Source of the DNA: Camelus ferus | Taxonomy: Eukaryota | NCBI RefSeq assembly: GCF_009834535.1 | Contig: NC_045698.1 | Coordinates: 14,324,001 to 14,388,000, forward strand | Direction of reading: 5' to 3' | Length of the DNA stretch: 64,000 nucleotides | Shown: one piece after another, positions 13,710-26,700 of the stretch | Position numbering within the stretch: position 1 is the first letter of the stretch | Layout: each line of letters begins with the position of its first letter | The notes under the pieces: generated by a model | Database searches by the model: none | Told to the model about the DNA's origin: nothing | Seen by the model: the letters and a program-made list of their open reading frames with translations, nothing else | Translations under genes and position numbers: made by a program

Positions 13710-14215
13710 TAAACACTATTCAGTCTTAAAAAGAAGGAAAATCCTGTTATTTGAGACAACATAGACAGGAGGACATTATGCTAAATGAAATAAACCAGAC
13801 AGAGAAAGACACATAGTGCATGGTACCACTTATATATGGATATGTGGAATCTATTAAAAAAAAAAAGTCAAGTTCATAGAAACAGTAGAAAAAGCTGCCA
13901 GGAGCTGGGGGATGAGGGAAATAGGGAGAACTGGTGAAAGGATGCAAACTTTCAGCTATAAGATGAGTAAATTTTGAGAATCTAATGTATAACATGGTGA
14001 CTACAGTTGATAACAATGTATTATATAATTGAAATTTGCTAAGAGAGTAGAACTTAATTGTTCTCACAAAAATTTAAAAAAAGGTAAACATGTGAAGTGA
14101 TGGGATGTGTTAATTAACTCAATGGGGAGAATAATTTCACAATGTATACATACATCAAATCATTGTATTATATACTTTAAGCATCTTAGTCATACTAAAT
14201 AACACTGAAAAACAA
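13710..14215 (+). mobile_element. LINE-1 3' UTR fragment (L1MA8/9-like)
   Basis: tattcagtcttaaaaagaaggaaaatcctg...ggacattatgctaaatgaaataaaccagac...aaatttgctaagagagtaga. Confidence 0.9.
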
Positions 14216-14359
14216 AAGAATGAAATAACAGGGGAAAGAAGAAGAGAACTGAAGATGAGCACTAGCTATGTACCAGATACCAGCTGGTTGCTCTGTATTG
14301 ATCACTTCATAACTTCCTAGAAACCCTAAAATTTTGTTTTTTTCCCCCATTTAAAAGAC

Positions 14360-14520
14360 ACAAAATGTTGATTTCCTGGCTTTGAAAATATACCATAGTT
14401 GTTCTGAGATCCATTTGAGGGATGAGACAATGGGCACACAGAGGACTTCTTGGTAGTATTTTTACAACTACTGTGTCTATACTTATTGCAAACCCTAAAC
14501 CTAAAATGTTAAAAGAAATT
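14360..14520 (+). mobile_element. Old L1 (L1MC/MD-type) 3' end remnant
   Basis: aatgttgatttcctggctttgaaaatatacc...tttttacaactactgtgtctatacttatt. Confidence 0.45.
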
Positions 14521-14524
14521 TAAA

Positions 14525-16003
14525 AGATCATATTTGCAAATAGAGATAATTTTATGTCTGCCTTTTCAATTTGGATGTATTTTATTTCTTTTTCTTGCCT
14601 AATAGCCTTGGCTAGAACTTCTAGTGCTACACTGGACTGAAGTGGTAAATATGGGACTCCTTGCCTCGTCTCTGGTTTTAGCAGAAAAGCTTTTAGTCTT
14701 TCACCATTGATTAGGGATTTTACTGTGGGATTTCTGTATATGGCTTTTATTATACTGGGGTCATTTCCTTCTATTTCTAGGAGTATTTTTTATCATGAAA
14801 GGGTTTGGGATTTTTATCAAATGCTTTTTCTGCATCAATTGATTTGATCATGTTTGTGTGTTTTCTCCATTCTGTTAATGTCATGCATTTTACTGATTTT
14901 CATATGTTCAATCATCCTTGCATCACAGGGATAAAATAATTATTCACTATGACCAAGTGAGATTTAATATGTCGCTGAATTAGGATTGTTACTATTTTGC
15001 TTAGTGGTCTTAAGGATATTGGTCTGTATATTTTTTGTAGTGTTTTTGTCTGGCATTGGTATCAAGGTAAATCTGGCTTCAAAGAATGAATTAAGAAGTA
15101 TTCCCTCCTATTCAATTCTTTGAACTGTTGAAGAGTTGGTATTAATTCTTCATTAAATATTTGATAGAATTCACTAGTGAAGCCATCAGGTCCAGGGATT
15201 TTCATTGTCAGGAGATTTGATTAATAATTCAATCTCCTTACTAGTTATAGGTATATTCAGATTTTCTATTTCTTCATGATTCAGTATTAGTATGTTTTAG
15301 GTTTCTAAGATTTTGTCCATTTCATCTAGGTTTTTGAATTTGCCATTATACAACTGTTCATGCTTCTTGCTTTTAAATCTTTAGAATTTACAACCAGTAA
15401 AATCAGTAGTAATGCCCCCAGTTTCATTTTTGATTTTAGTAATTTGAGTCTTTGTCTCGGTCCATGTAACTAAAAGTTTGTCAATTTTATTGATCTTTAC
15501 AAAGAACCAACTTTTGATTTCATTGATATTCTCTATTCTTTATTCTGTAATCAATCTGTGCTCTAATTGTTATTATTATATGCCTTTTGCAAGCTTTAGG
15601 TTTAGTTTATTTTTCTTTTTGTAGTTCCTTAAGTTGTAAATTTAGTTTCTTGATTTAAGATCTTTCTTATTTTCTAATGTGTTTATAGCTTTAAGTGTCC
15701 CCCTTAACACTGCTTTCACTGTGTCCAATAAGTTTTGATATGTTGTGTTTTCATTTTCATTTATCTCTAAGTATTTTAGAATTTTCTTCATGATTTCTTT
15801 TTCTATTCATTGGTTGTTAAAAGTGGTTTTTCCATTTTCCTACTATTGTTTTCTAACTTCAGCTCATTGTTGTTGAAGATGATTATTTCTGTGCCATCTA
15901 TCTTTTCAAACCTACTGAGACTTAATTGGTGGTCGAACATATGGTCTATCCTGGAAAATGCCCCAGGTGCACTTAAGAATGTATGTAATGTTGTTGGGTA
16001 GAA
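14525..16003 (-). mobile_element. LINE-1 ORF2 fragment (endonuclease to RT), degenerate
   Basis: gcaaatagagataatttt...ttggctagaacttctag...caaatgctttttctgcatc...gaattcactagtgaagccatc...atggtctatcctggaaaatg is the reverse complement of L1 ORF2. Confidence 0.9.
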
Positions 16004-16630
16004 TTCTCAGGTCTTCTTTCAGCCTGCACCCGTGGACATGCATGGTGACTTTCTGATTTCCTCTGTATATACAGTTGTTTTTTAATGTTTGGCTCTTTAC
16101 CGTTCATAATATTTAAAGTTTTAATGTTTGGCTTCCAAAAGAGAAAAATGAAGGGGAAAAAGAAAGGTATTGATCTTTTAAATCCTCTGGAAGTCAATTC
16201 AGCCCAAGGGAGAGAAGCTTGCAAAAATGGGGATAAGTACTACAGCACTGGCTGCCTGCCTCTTTGTCTGCATCCTCTCAGACCTTAAACAGCAATAAGT
16301 TATCAGAGCACAGATCCCAAATATTTGGAAGATAGGGTCCTTTATATCCACCCTGGCTTCCACAAGCTGTGTGCAAGCTGCTCCAGGAACATGTGCACAG
16401 GTGTCTGTCATGGATTGGGAAATGGGGATGGGTGGGTAGGTGCTAGTGTGCTAAGAACTGAAATTGCCCTAAATTAGTTGAAATTCACAGTTCAAGCCCT
16501 CCTTTGGAAGTTGCACATCTTCAATAGACTCTAGAATCCAAAAATACTTACATCGTACAGCTTCTGGCCGGGCAACTGTTGTCTAGGTAGGGTGATAGAT
16601 TCCTAATGCTTCTTACTTTACTGTGTTCCT
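16004..16630 (-). mobile_element. Old LINE-1 5' region (L1M4-like)
   Basis: cagagcacagatcccaaatatttggaagatagggtcc...ccaccctggcttccacaagctgtgtgcaagctgctcc resembles recalled L1M4-type 5' end sequence. Confidence 0.5.
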
Positions 16631-16878
16631 CTACAGCAAAGCTTTTTATCTTAAAGGGATGCAGCTTTTGGGGGCATCATTTTCTACAGAAAAATTTTTA
16701 TAAACATTTAGTCCTATGCTATGGGTCATATACAACAAAGTACAGATTTTTCGAGTGGAAAGGCACTTAAGACTACACAGGACAAGGCAAAGACCAAGAA
16801 GCCAACATTAAAAACAATACTATATACAGTTTTTGATACAATGTATGTGGTAAAAATATAAAAACATGTCTAGCAATA

Positions 16879-18891
16879 GAAAATACAAGTATGTTGTGTT
16901 TCTATACATGAACAACAAACTATCAGAGGGAGAAATTAAGAAAGCAATCCAATTTTACTCCACTTACAATTGCATCAGAAATGATAAATTCCTAGGAATA
17001 AGTTTAACCAAGGAGGTAAAAGACCTGCACACTGAAAACTATAAGACATCAATGAAAAATTAAAGGCATGAATAAATGAAAAAATATCCTGTGCTCATGG
17101 ATTAGAAAAATATTGTTAAAATGTCCGTACTACCCAAAGCAATCTACAGATTTAAGGTGATCCCTATCAAAATTCCAGTGACATTTTTCACAGAAATAGA
17201 AAAAACAATCCTGAAACTTGTATAAAATAATAAAAGAACTTGACTAGTCAAAGCAACCTTGAGAAAGAAGAACAAAGCTGGAGGTATCAAAATGCCTGAT
17301 TTTAAACTATAATACAAAGCTATTGTAATCAAAACAGGATGGTATTGGCATAAAAACAGACACATGTAACAGGTCAATGTAACAAAATAAGGAGCCCAGA
17401 AATAAACCCATATATATGGCCAATTAATTTATAACAAAGGAGTGGAGAATATATGATGAGCAAAGTAGAATCTCTTCAATAAATGGTGTTGGGAAAACTA
17501 GAGAGTCACATGAAGAATGAAACTTGACTACTATCTTAACAGTATACACCAAAAATAAATCAAAATGAATTAAAGACTTGAATGTAAGAACTGAAATCAT
17601 AAAATTCCTAGAAGAAAACATAAGAAGGTAAGCTCCTTGATATCAGTATTGGCAATGATTTTTGGATCTGTCACTTAAAATAAAAAGCAATGACAACAAA
17701 AAAGTAAAAGAACAATGAACTAAAAGTTTCTGCACAGCAAAGGAGATCATCAACCAAATGAAAAGGCAGCCTATGGAATGGAATAAAATACTAACCTATT
17801 ATCAGATACATGATTCACAAATATTTAAAATACAAAAAGAATTCATACAACTCGGTAGCAAAAAAATCAGATTAAAAAATGGACAGAGGATCTGAATACA
17901 CATTTTTCCAAAGATAATATACAGATGACTAACAGGCACATGAAAAGATGCTCATCATCACTCACCATTAGGGAAATGCAAATCAAAACCACAATGAGGT
18001 ATCACCTCACACTTATTAGAATTATCAAAAAGACAAGAAATAACAAGCTTTAGTAAGGATGTAGAGAAAAGGAAATTCTTGTGCACTGTTGTTGAAAAAC
18101 AGTAAGGGGGTTTCTCAAAAAATTAAAAATAGAACTATCATATTATCCAGCAATTCTGCTTCTGGTTATTTGTCTAAAGAAAAGGAAAATGCTTATTCAA
18201 AGAGATATATATATACCCTCAAGTTTACTGTAGCATTATTTACAAAAGCCAAGATTTGGAAACAACCTAAGTGTCCATTGATAGATGAATGGGTAAAGAA
18301 GATGTGGGAGATTACACACACACACACACACACACATTAAGTGGAATACTATTCAGCCATAACGTGGAATGGAGTCTTGCCTTTTGCAACATCATGGACG
18401 GACTTTGAGGGCATTACACCAAGTGAAATAAGTAAAACAGAGAAAGACAAATACCATATGCTTTCATTTATATGGGGAATCTTAAAATCAAAACAAAACC
18501 CAAACAAGCTTATATATGCAGAGAACAGATTGGTGGTTGCTAGAGGAAATGGGTTGAGGGTGAACAAAATGGCTGAAGGTAGTCAAAAGGTACAAATTTC
18601 CAGTTATAAAACAAATAGGTCATGGGATGTAATGTAGAGTATGACAGCATGGTGACTATGCTAAATAATAATACTGTATTGCACATTTGGAAGTTGCTAA
18701 GAGTAAATCTTACAAGTCCTCATCACAAGGGAAAAAAGAAAAGAAAAATTAAAAAATCGTTAAGGGACAGATGGTAACTAGAATTATTTTAGTGATTATT
18801 TTGCAACAAACACAAATATTGAATCATTATGTTGTATACCTGGAAATAATACATTAATTACATCTTCACTAAATACAACCAAACAAAGCCC
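16879..18891 (+). mobile_element. 5'-truncated LINE-1 (L1MA9-like), 3' ORF2 plus 3' UTR
   Basis: FLGISLTKEVKDLHTENYK, AKIWKQPKCPLIDEWVKKMW and MEYYSAI...SEISKTEKDKY fragments; 3' UTR similar to 12553-12975; internal (AC)n at 18314-18336. Confidence 0.95.
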
Positions 18892-19190
18892 ACAATACTA
18901 CATACTGTTTTTGGACACAACATATGTGGTAAAGGTATAAAAACATGCCCAGCAATAAGGAAAACAACTTCAGGATAATGATGACTTCTGAGGAGGAAGA
19001 CCAGGAAAATGATGTGACTATGCACAGAGGAGTAAGTGTGATCTTATATTATTCCTTTTTACAAAAGAGATAACCAAAGGATATCTGGAATATTGTTAAC
19101 ATCTCTTCTTCTGAGAAGTGATAATTGGTTCTTAGCTATATTCTTTTTGTAACTTTGTGTATGTTTACAATACTATAATTAAAAAACTAA
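18892..19190 (+). mobile_element. Ancient L1 (L1ME/MC4-type) 3' end; host of the 16879-18891 insertion, 5' part at ~16800-16878
   Basis: acaatactacatactg...aaaacatg...ttcaggataatgatgacttctgagg...ttgttaacat...tgtatgtttacaatactataattaaaaaa. Confidence 0.55.
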
Positions 19191-19659
19191 ACAATGCTAA
19201 AACATTTCTACTACCAAAGAAACAAATGTTGGGGAAATCACTTTGACTAGCTGATCAAGTTGCTGATTGCAAAATTATATTCCAAATCAGCAAAGTTTTG
19301 ATTGAGCACATCATTAATTAAAATGTGTAGGTCACAAATGGATTATTTTTGTCATTCTAGTAACTCATTAGAAATAGTAGTTCATTGACTTGATTGATTG
19401 CTTAGTGCTAAAACATGATAATGAAGAATAAAACCAAGTTCACTAAAATAATTTCTACTCTTATTAACTTAGCCTGAAAACATCTTACCAACACTCTTTT
19501 ACTCCTCAAATGCTCCTGAACTATAACATTCAACTTCCACATATCATTGCTCAGCTTTGTTTTACAATTTTAGTTTTGTAAAGGGTTATAAAACAATCAC
19601 TTTAAAATTGGTTGTCATTCAAAAACAGGTAGTAAAAGTATTATTTCCATTACCCAAAC

Positions 19660-20020
19660 ATGTGAAGCTAGGCCCACCTCATAACCTTTGCACCTGCTAT
19701 GACTTCTATTTAAGACGCTTTTTCTGCGACTCAGTTTGGAGAGCTCCTTCTGATATCTGAGGTTGAAGTGTCACTTCCTCAGAAAGGTCTTTTGCTCAGT
19801 CTATGCCAAGTTATCTTTTCCCACTCACGTTCTATTGCCTTGTTTCATTATCATCCCAGCGTCTGTTATCTGAAATTACATGTCTGTTTATACGTTGATC
19901 TTGTCCCTTTAGCCCCTTCATTAGAATTTTTTTTAATGAGAAGTTTATCTTGTTTCTCAATGTATTTCAGTAGTCTAGAATACGCATGATATATAGCAGT
20001 TACTCAAAAAAATCTTTTCA
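19660..20020 (+). mobile_element. L2 LINE 3' part
   Basis: cctttgcacctgctat...tgtcacttcctcagaaaggtctt...ttagaat...tcttgtttctcaatgtatttc...tctagaata. Confidence 0.6.
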
Positions 20021-20024
20021 ATGA

Positions 20025-20720
20025 TGTAAATGCTAACTTTAAGCAAGGCACTGTTTTTAGAATGGAAGGTACATAACAAAAAAGTAAAAGAAGGTTATTC
20101 CTGGTTAAGTTAGCTAAAGATCGTGGCCAAAAAAATAAAAATAAAAGTTTGTGGTTTCCTGGTAATAAGCTTGAGTATTCCACATCATTCCCCAAAATAA
20201 CAATACTAGAGCTAGGGCAGCTTTGGAGAAGTAAATGAGTGTCACTGTCATCTGGGTTTGATGTCAGGGACATACAGAGGAAATGTACAAAGCATATATT
20301 TGCAAATATTGTTCTGCAAATCTGGGAGTTAATTAAGATGAGGGATAAAGATGTCAGAGGTCCTCAAGTATAGAAGGTAACACAAATCAAGGGGATAAAT
20401 CAGATCACTCAGGGAAAATATGGCCAAGAAGAGAAGATGGTTAAGGACAGAGCTTCAAGGTAGATGAGAAAATTGAAGTTTGCAAATAAACTGAGGAGCA
20501 GAGAGGTAAGAAATGAAGTGCCATTCCGGTAGTCAAAGTGAAGGACTGTTTTAAGGATGTGTGTTCAGTCAGTTTAAAGGAAAACCAACAAGGGGCTATT
20601 GGATTGTGAAGTAGATAGTGATTGGTGACCATAAAAGTTGATTCTGAATTTTGACCAGAGTCATATCAGTGAATCTAAAACTGAAACAATAAGTGCTAAG
20701 GATGTGGACATAGTGTTGAT
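20025..20720 (-). mobile_element. L2 LINE fragments
   Basis: aaggcactgtttttag...aaatctgggagttaatt...gatcactcagggaaaa...aaggacagagc...attggtgacc. Confidence 0.5.
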
Positions 20721-23700
20721 AGGATGCTATCTCTGATTAATTTGAGGCAAAGGAGAGGGAAAAGCAAACAACTGCACTGAAGTTTTGGTTCTGGGTGACT
20801 GAGTCCCTGTTCCACCAACGATGAGATAAATTCAAAAGTACAAGTAGTTTGCAGAGAATAAATGTAAACACTGAACAATTGGAAAATAATTTAATATACT
20901 TTTATTTACTTCCAGTTAATCCTCTTTAAAATTCTCTAATTTAATACCTTAGAAGAGATCGAGCAAGAGCATATAAAAACATATAACAATTATAACTCAA
21001 CAGAAAATAATTCCTTAATCAATTCTTGGTTTACTAGTTAATTCTAATGTCTAATTAAAACATCTTTAATTTCTAATAAAAACCCTACTCGCCAGCTCAT
21101 GCAATGCTATTAAACAGATCTTTTTTCCCTGTTTTCCTAAAATCTTAGGTGAACAAGTTTAATGGACTCATTCATCCTGGTTTGTCTAGAGAATAAAGGT
21201 GCAATAATTTCCTGAGGCTATGTAAACACATCCAAAATGAAACTGAGATTTGAAATTAAAGTGCAAATCACTCATCTCAGTCATTCGAATATATCAGGTA
21301 AAATGGGCCCTTTAAGAATGAGGAGCTATGGACCAATCAGATATGGAAAATATCTTTAAAGTTCATGCAGTAGTGTTCTCTCTTTTTTTTCTGTTACTAT
21401 TAAAATAATGCCAGAATTCCCGTTAAGATTTAGCAAAAGATAAAGCTCCCAAGAAACTTGATGCTATATCCTTCCTTAGGGTGGCTGAGAGCACTTGTAA
21501 TTCCCCAAGTTAAGAGAAATACGTTAAAAGGACATAAACTAAACAAAGGGCAGCAAGACAAAAATCTCTTACTCAGTTCTGATAATTTTGACATCATCAC
21601 CTCAAAATGATGGCTTCTGCTTCTCTCCTCCCAACACCATTTTTAAAAATCAGCCTATTGTTTAGGGCATGCTGATGCAGCTCTAGAAAATGTAAGCCAC
21701 CTGAATTATTTATTTAGAATCTAGAATTATTGAAATCTGAAGCAATACCTATATGACTGAGTTACTATTTTCCTTTGTTAACAAACACATAAAACACTAC
21801 AAACTACGATGTATCACCCTTTCCTAATATTAATATTACATTAGAAAAGGGAGTCTGACACCTTTAAGTAATATGTAAAGTGCAAGAGAATAAAACCCAT
21901 TGCCCTATTTCCATAATCTTTACTAATTATTCAGGAAATCTGAGTATTAAAAACTGAGTTTGAAAATTGCCCACCCATGGGCAACATATGTCTTTGAAAT
22001 CTTTTTTTCTCATCCACAATAACATTTTATAAGTATTACATGATGTTTTGTGTGACCTATTTCTAAGTATCTCAAGTCTGAATTTCACCTTCTCAGAATG
22101 TAGATGTATTTCTCCTTATTACAAGCTAAAGAGAAGGCATCTCCCAACTTGGAGGTCTACATCATCGCTAAGAATATCCTTCGAAAGCAAATTGCAGGCT
22201 AATGAGTCTCCTTACTATTTAAATTGGTATTTTTAAACAAAACAAATACAAGATACCTAATTTGGGTTCTAAAATTCTCACAGTTCTCACCGCAGCTGCT
22301 TCTATCACCCTTTTCCTCAAGTACTATATCCCATCTTAGATCTTAATATGAATCTGGGGACCAATGAAGCAACAAGAAGATCCTAGAGGAATACTACAAG
22401 ATAATTGAATGCTGAGTTGAGACATGGGTATCGGGGAACCACTTGGAAGAAAAAGAAGCCTTAGCTACATTAAATGAATTTCTCTTCCTGTGTTTCTTTT
22501 GCCCAATTAAAAGAGGATTATTCTACTCCACAGTGTATTTGGGATTAAAAGTCCTTGATACTTTCAGTTACATTGAGGGTACTGTGGGAGGTAACTGCAT
22601 GAAACTTTTAATAGCTTGGAATATTAAATCTTCGCATCTTTGAAATACACCTTGAGACTCGCCCTTAACTGCGGTGACCACTGAAATGGACTTCCCAAGG
22701 ACACAGAGGTCTTAGAAACATCCAGAAAAGGAAAGAAAGTGGTATCATCATTGAGAAATGATGCTTTAATACAAATCAGTGATCTTTCACTGAATGGAAA
22801 TATCTCCCACAAAATTCTACACTGAAAGCAGCAGGGCCATGGTATATTAACAGTTTACAACTTTTTTGGAAAAATCTGCAAGTCCAGAGGACTCAGTATT
22901 TTTAAAATTTCAAACAGTATCTTTTCTTGTAGTACATGGTAAACTTGGCAAGTTAATCTGTGATTATTAAAATTAATTTAGCATTTTTGCTTGGGATACA
23001 TATTTCCATGAAATATTGGCAGAAAGGATTGTACATATTTTCATATATCTGTAGACTGTTATGGCTGGAAGAGCATTAGAGATCATCTCACTGCTTGTTT
23101 CACAGATGGATTGGGAAATGATGTTTATATTTTTGTTAAAATGGGGATGACAGAAACAGAGTCATTAGCTGTGAAGCGTATTTTTTTCAGTGTTTTTTCT
23201 CAGTGTTGAAGCTATTAGTAAAAGTGTACATAAAAAAATTTAGAATCATTAGTCATCATCTTCAGAGTGCTCTAAAAAGTTAAACAATTAATAAAATTAT
23301 TATTTGAATTAAGCATTTTTAGACAAGAGCAGATCCAAATGCCAGTGTTTACCTGTTCATGATCTATATGGTTCTTCTGCTGTGGTTTCTGACAATATTG
23401 AATACGTGTAATTCCACTTCAGCGCATTTACATTTCCAATGCACATTTTCATATATCTACCTTTGGAAATGACAGTTCAATCTTTTCTTGAGCCTATCTG
23501 AGCATCAAATTTATACCCACAGTCATCTGAATTTTGAGGGAAGCATTCTTAGGTAAAAGTAACATTTTTAAATTTTGCTAACTGCAAAGCCTATTATGTG
23601 ACCTTATCTAGTATTTCTTACTTATTTCTCTGAAATATTTTTTCTCTCCTTTCATTGCCCCCCTCCTATTTTTCCATTGAGTGGTAGGAATGAAATCCCC

Positions 23701-26700
23701 TACCTTAACCATGCACACCAAGAAGTTCTCAAATAAATTTTATTTTGCATCATTTCCCCTTGGAAACAACTCAAACTATTTCCATTGCAAAGTCACTGTG
23801 TTTTGAACCAAAATTTTTATTTTCTGAAGAAGGGAATTTGCTTATGGTCATGCTAAGCCAGTGGAATCCTGCTTAGTAATGAGACATTTATGTAATTTTA
23901 TTTGGTGAAATATAACATTAAGAAATGTCCAGAAAAGAAGAGAGAAGTCAGTATATATACTAATATAATCTAGCTTATATCAGACACAGTAATGCTTGTA
24001 TTAGAATTTCTATGCTTCTAATATATAGCATTTGTTGCAAACATAAAAATAAAGGGAGGAGAAGAAAATGAAAGACAACAAGAAAAAGGAGGAAATAAAA
24101 AGGGTGGGAAAAAATTAAAAGATGTGAGAAAGAAATCATTGTGTTAATGAACTTGTTTATCTCATGACCTTCAGGTACATCTACATGTCTACTGAAGGGG
24201 TGTTTATTCTGAGATTCCGTGGATGCCTGGATAATCTTACCACTTATATTGAAGAAGTGGCACCTCATGTAAAGCCATTATTTTTACCTTAGACGGGACA
24301 ACATTTTTGAAGGATGTATTTTTCAGAATGACCACTGATGTTGGGTTGAGCTGGCCTATGGGCAATTCAGAAATCAGAAATGGCCTATCCCAAACTCTGC
24401 CTCAAATATCTTTTTTTGTTTCATCTAATTATATTAAGATATTTTGTTTGCCTTTGTTTGATCTAATTATATTAAGAAAGTCAGATTATGATAATTGTCT
24501 GGAAGCTTATCAGAACCCCTTTTCAAGTAATGACTGAAATATAATAATAGTAATAACAACAGCAATTATTCATGTACATACAGATATACAGCTGACAATA
24601 TGGATCACACACATTTGGATGCATTATCTCTTGCTACAATATGTAAGTTCTTATATGTTCACAATTTTACACGTCCTATCTATTGCTTTGATTTTGGAGT
24701 ACTTATTTTTTTTTATAGCTCAGGATGGCACTTATACACAACAGAGTTTTTAAACTGATTTTTGACCTACTATTGACTACTTCTTGAAAATAATGTTTTG
24801 TGCATAGATTTGCAAATAATTGCTTTGGGCTTCTGGGACAAAACAGCTAAATAAAATGTCTAAATACTCCTTGAAATAAGGAAGTCAAATAATGAAGTAA
24901 CCTTCCAAATTAACAGATACAAAATAACACATTTGCATTTAAAATAAACTTTAAATGACAGGAGAGGTCTGCAGAATAAGAATCAATAAAGATTCATACT
25001 CTCATTTTTCTTTGGATAAACCATGATGGTTGTATCTGTGCTTTCAAAATTAAGTAGAAATAGAGTGACCCTATAATTAGAATAGGCAATGTACACCACC
25101 ACATGAGAATGTTTAAACAGGTTTTTATGCAATGTTTGTACATCTATAAAGTTGTAGATTTCTTGCTATTTTGTGTATCACTTGTATAATACTGTGAAGG
25201 CTGCGGTTACTGCAGTATTAACATAACAGATCCATACTTGTTATACATGTAAGTTCCTTAGAAAATGTATAATTTTAAAACATATTAACTGTATTAATCA
25301 TTTACTTTTAGGGAAAAAAGAAAATACCCATATTGGTGTCTGTAATTATTTTTCATTATCGCTGAAGTAACACAGTGATCTTGATTTTCAGTTACATATA
25401 CAGGGCATCCTGAACCTATGCAGATTTTTGTCTCCTGGGATAGGAAATGGAATTGGGGAAAATAAGTTGAAGAATTCAGTCACTCGTGATAGCTGCAGAG
25501 AGTGCGTAATCACTGATTTTTCACTTCGACCAGTCTCTTTGAACATGACTGTGATCTTGTGGGCCAAGCCAAGAAAGCTCACATATGATAAATTTCCCAT
25601 TAACTCCTTGCGTCCTTCGGCCTTACTGAATGGAAGTCACATTAAACCTTAGAGAGTGGCACAATTGTAATGACAGAGTCCAGCCATGAGACAGGACCTA
25701 AGTGTTTAAGGTCAGGACAAAAAATTGAAAATGAGGGAAAAAAAAATTAGAATGCAGCTTTCAATCTTTTTATTTTCACATAATAAGAAGGCTAAGTACT
25801 GTACAAAATTCAAAGTGGGACAGTCAGAATTTCTATTTCTGCACTCAAAGTCTATAATCTTTCTAATTCAAAATTTCCCTGTGTTGATGACAATTTAGAT
25901 GAGATCAAAATGGAACAATCTATTTTATTTTATATTAAAATTTTAACCTATTATATACCATTTTCAGAGACACAAATAATATTTCAAAAAAATCTCATAC
26001 TTCCTTTCCTCTCTTTGTGTATTCAAAACAATCTGTTTTCTAGCAGATTAAAAACATGAATATACTTTATGATTTTGTTATTTTGCTATATAAGAATATT
26101 GTATAATATATACATTTACTATTAGCACACATTTTACATGATAGAACACAAAGCACAAACACATTATATATTGTATTATATAATATATACATTTGCACTT
26201 GTGTATTAGAACTTATAGTAAGATTCTCATTTTTTGTGTGTGTGCTTTGAGAATTTGTTAGATTTTCCAGATTATTGACCTTGTTTTTGTTAAGATGTTT
26301 CAGTTAAAGGATACAAAAAGCAAACTACACTAAACTGCTTTTTTTTTCTTTGTCTGTTTTCATCTTCAATGAATTAAGATGGTTATAAAATATAAAAGCA
26401 ATGCAAGATACATAATGAAATAGCAAACTTGGCTATTTCTTTAATCACCTCTTTTAAAATAAAATACATTAGTAGGCATTAAAGTAAACTAGTGTCTTTT
26501 AATAGACTCCAAAGTAAATGAATGGGACTAAATTGTTAAAGCAATGCAATAACTAACTACTATGATTAATTAAAGATAGAAAATGTATATGAACATTGCA
26601 CACAGTTTTGGTCTTCCTCAACTACATGCATTAGTATTGGACTTCCTAATACATCTTTTTTAAATCTTTCGTTTGCATTTCTGTCTTCTACATACCTTCT

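Noticed and set aside
21149..21297. Plus-strand exon candidate (cttag|...cag|gtaaaa)
   Set aside because: Weak donor, stops in all frames, no supporting neighbours
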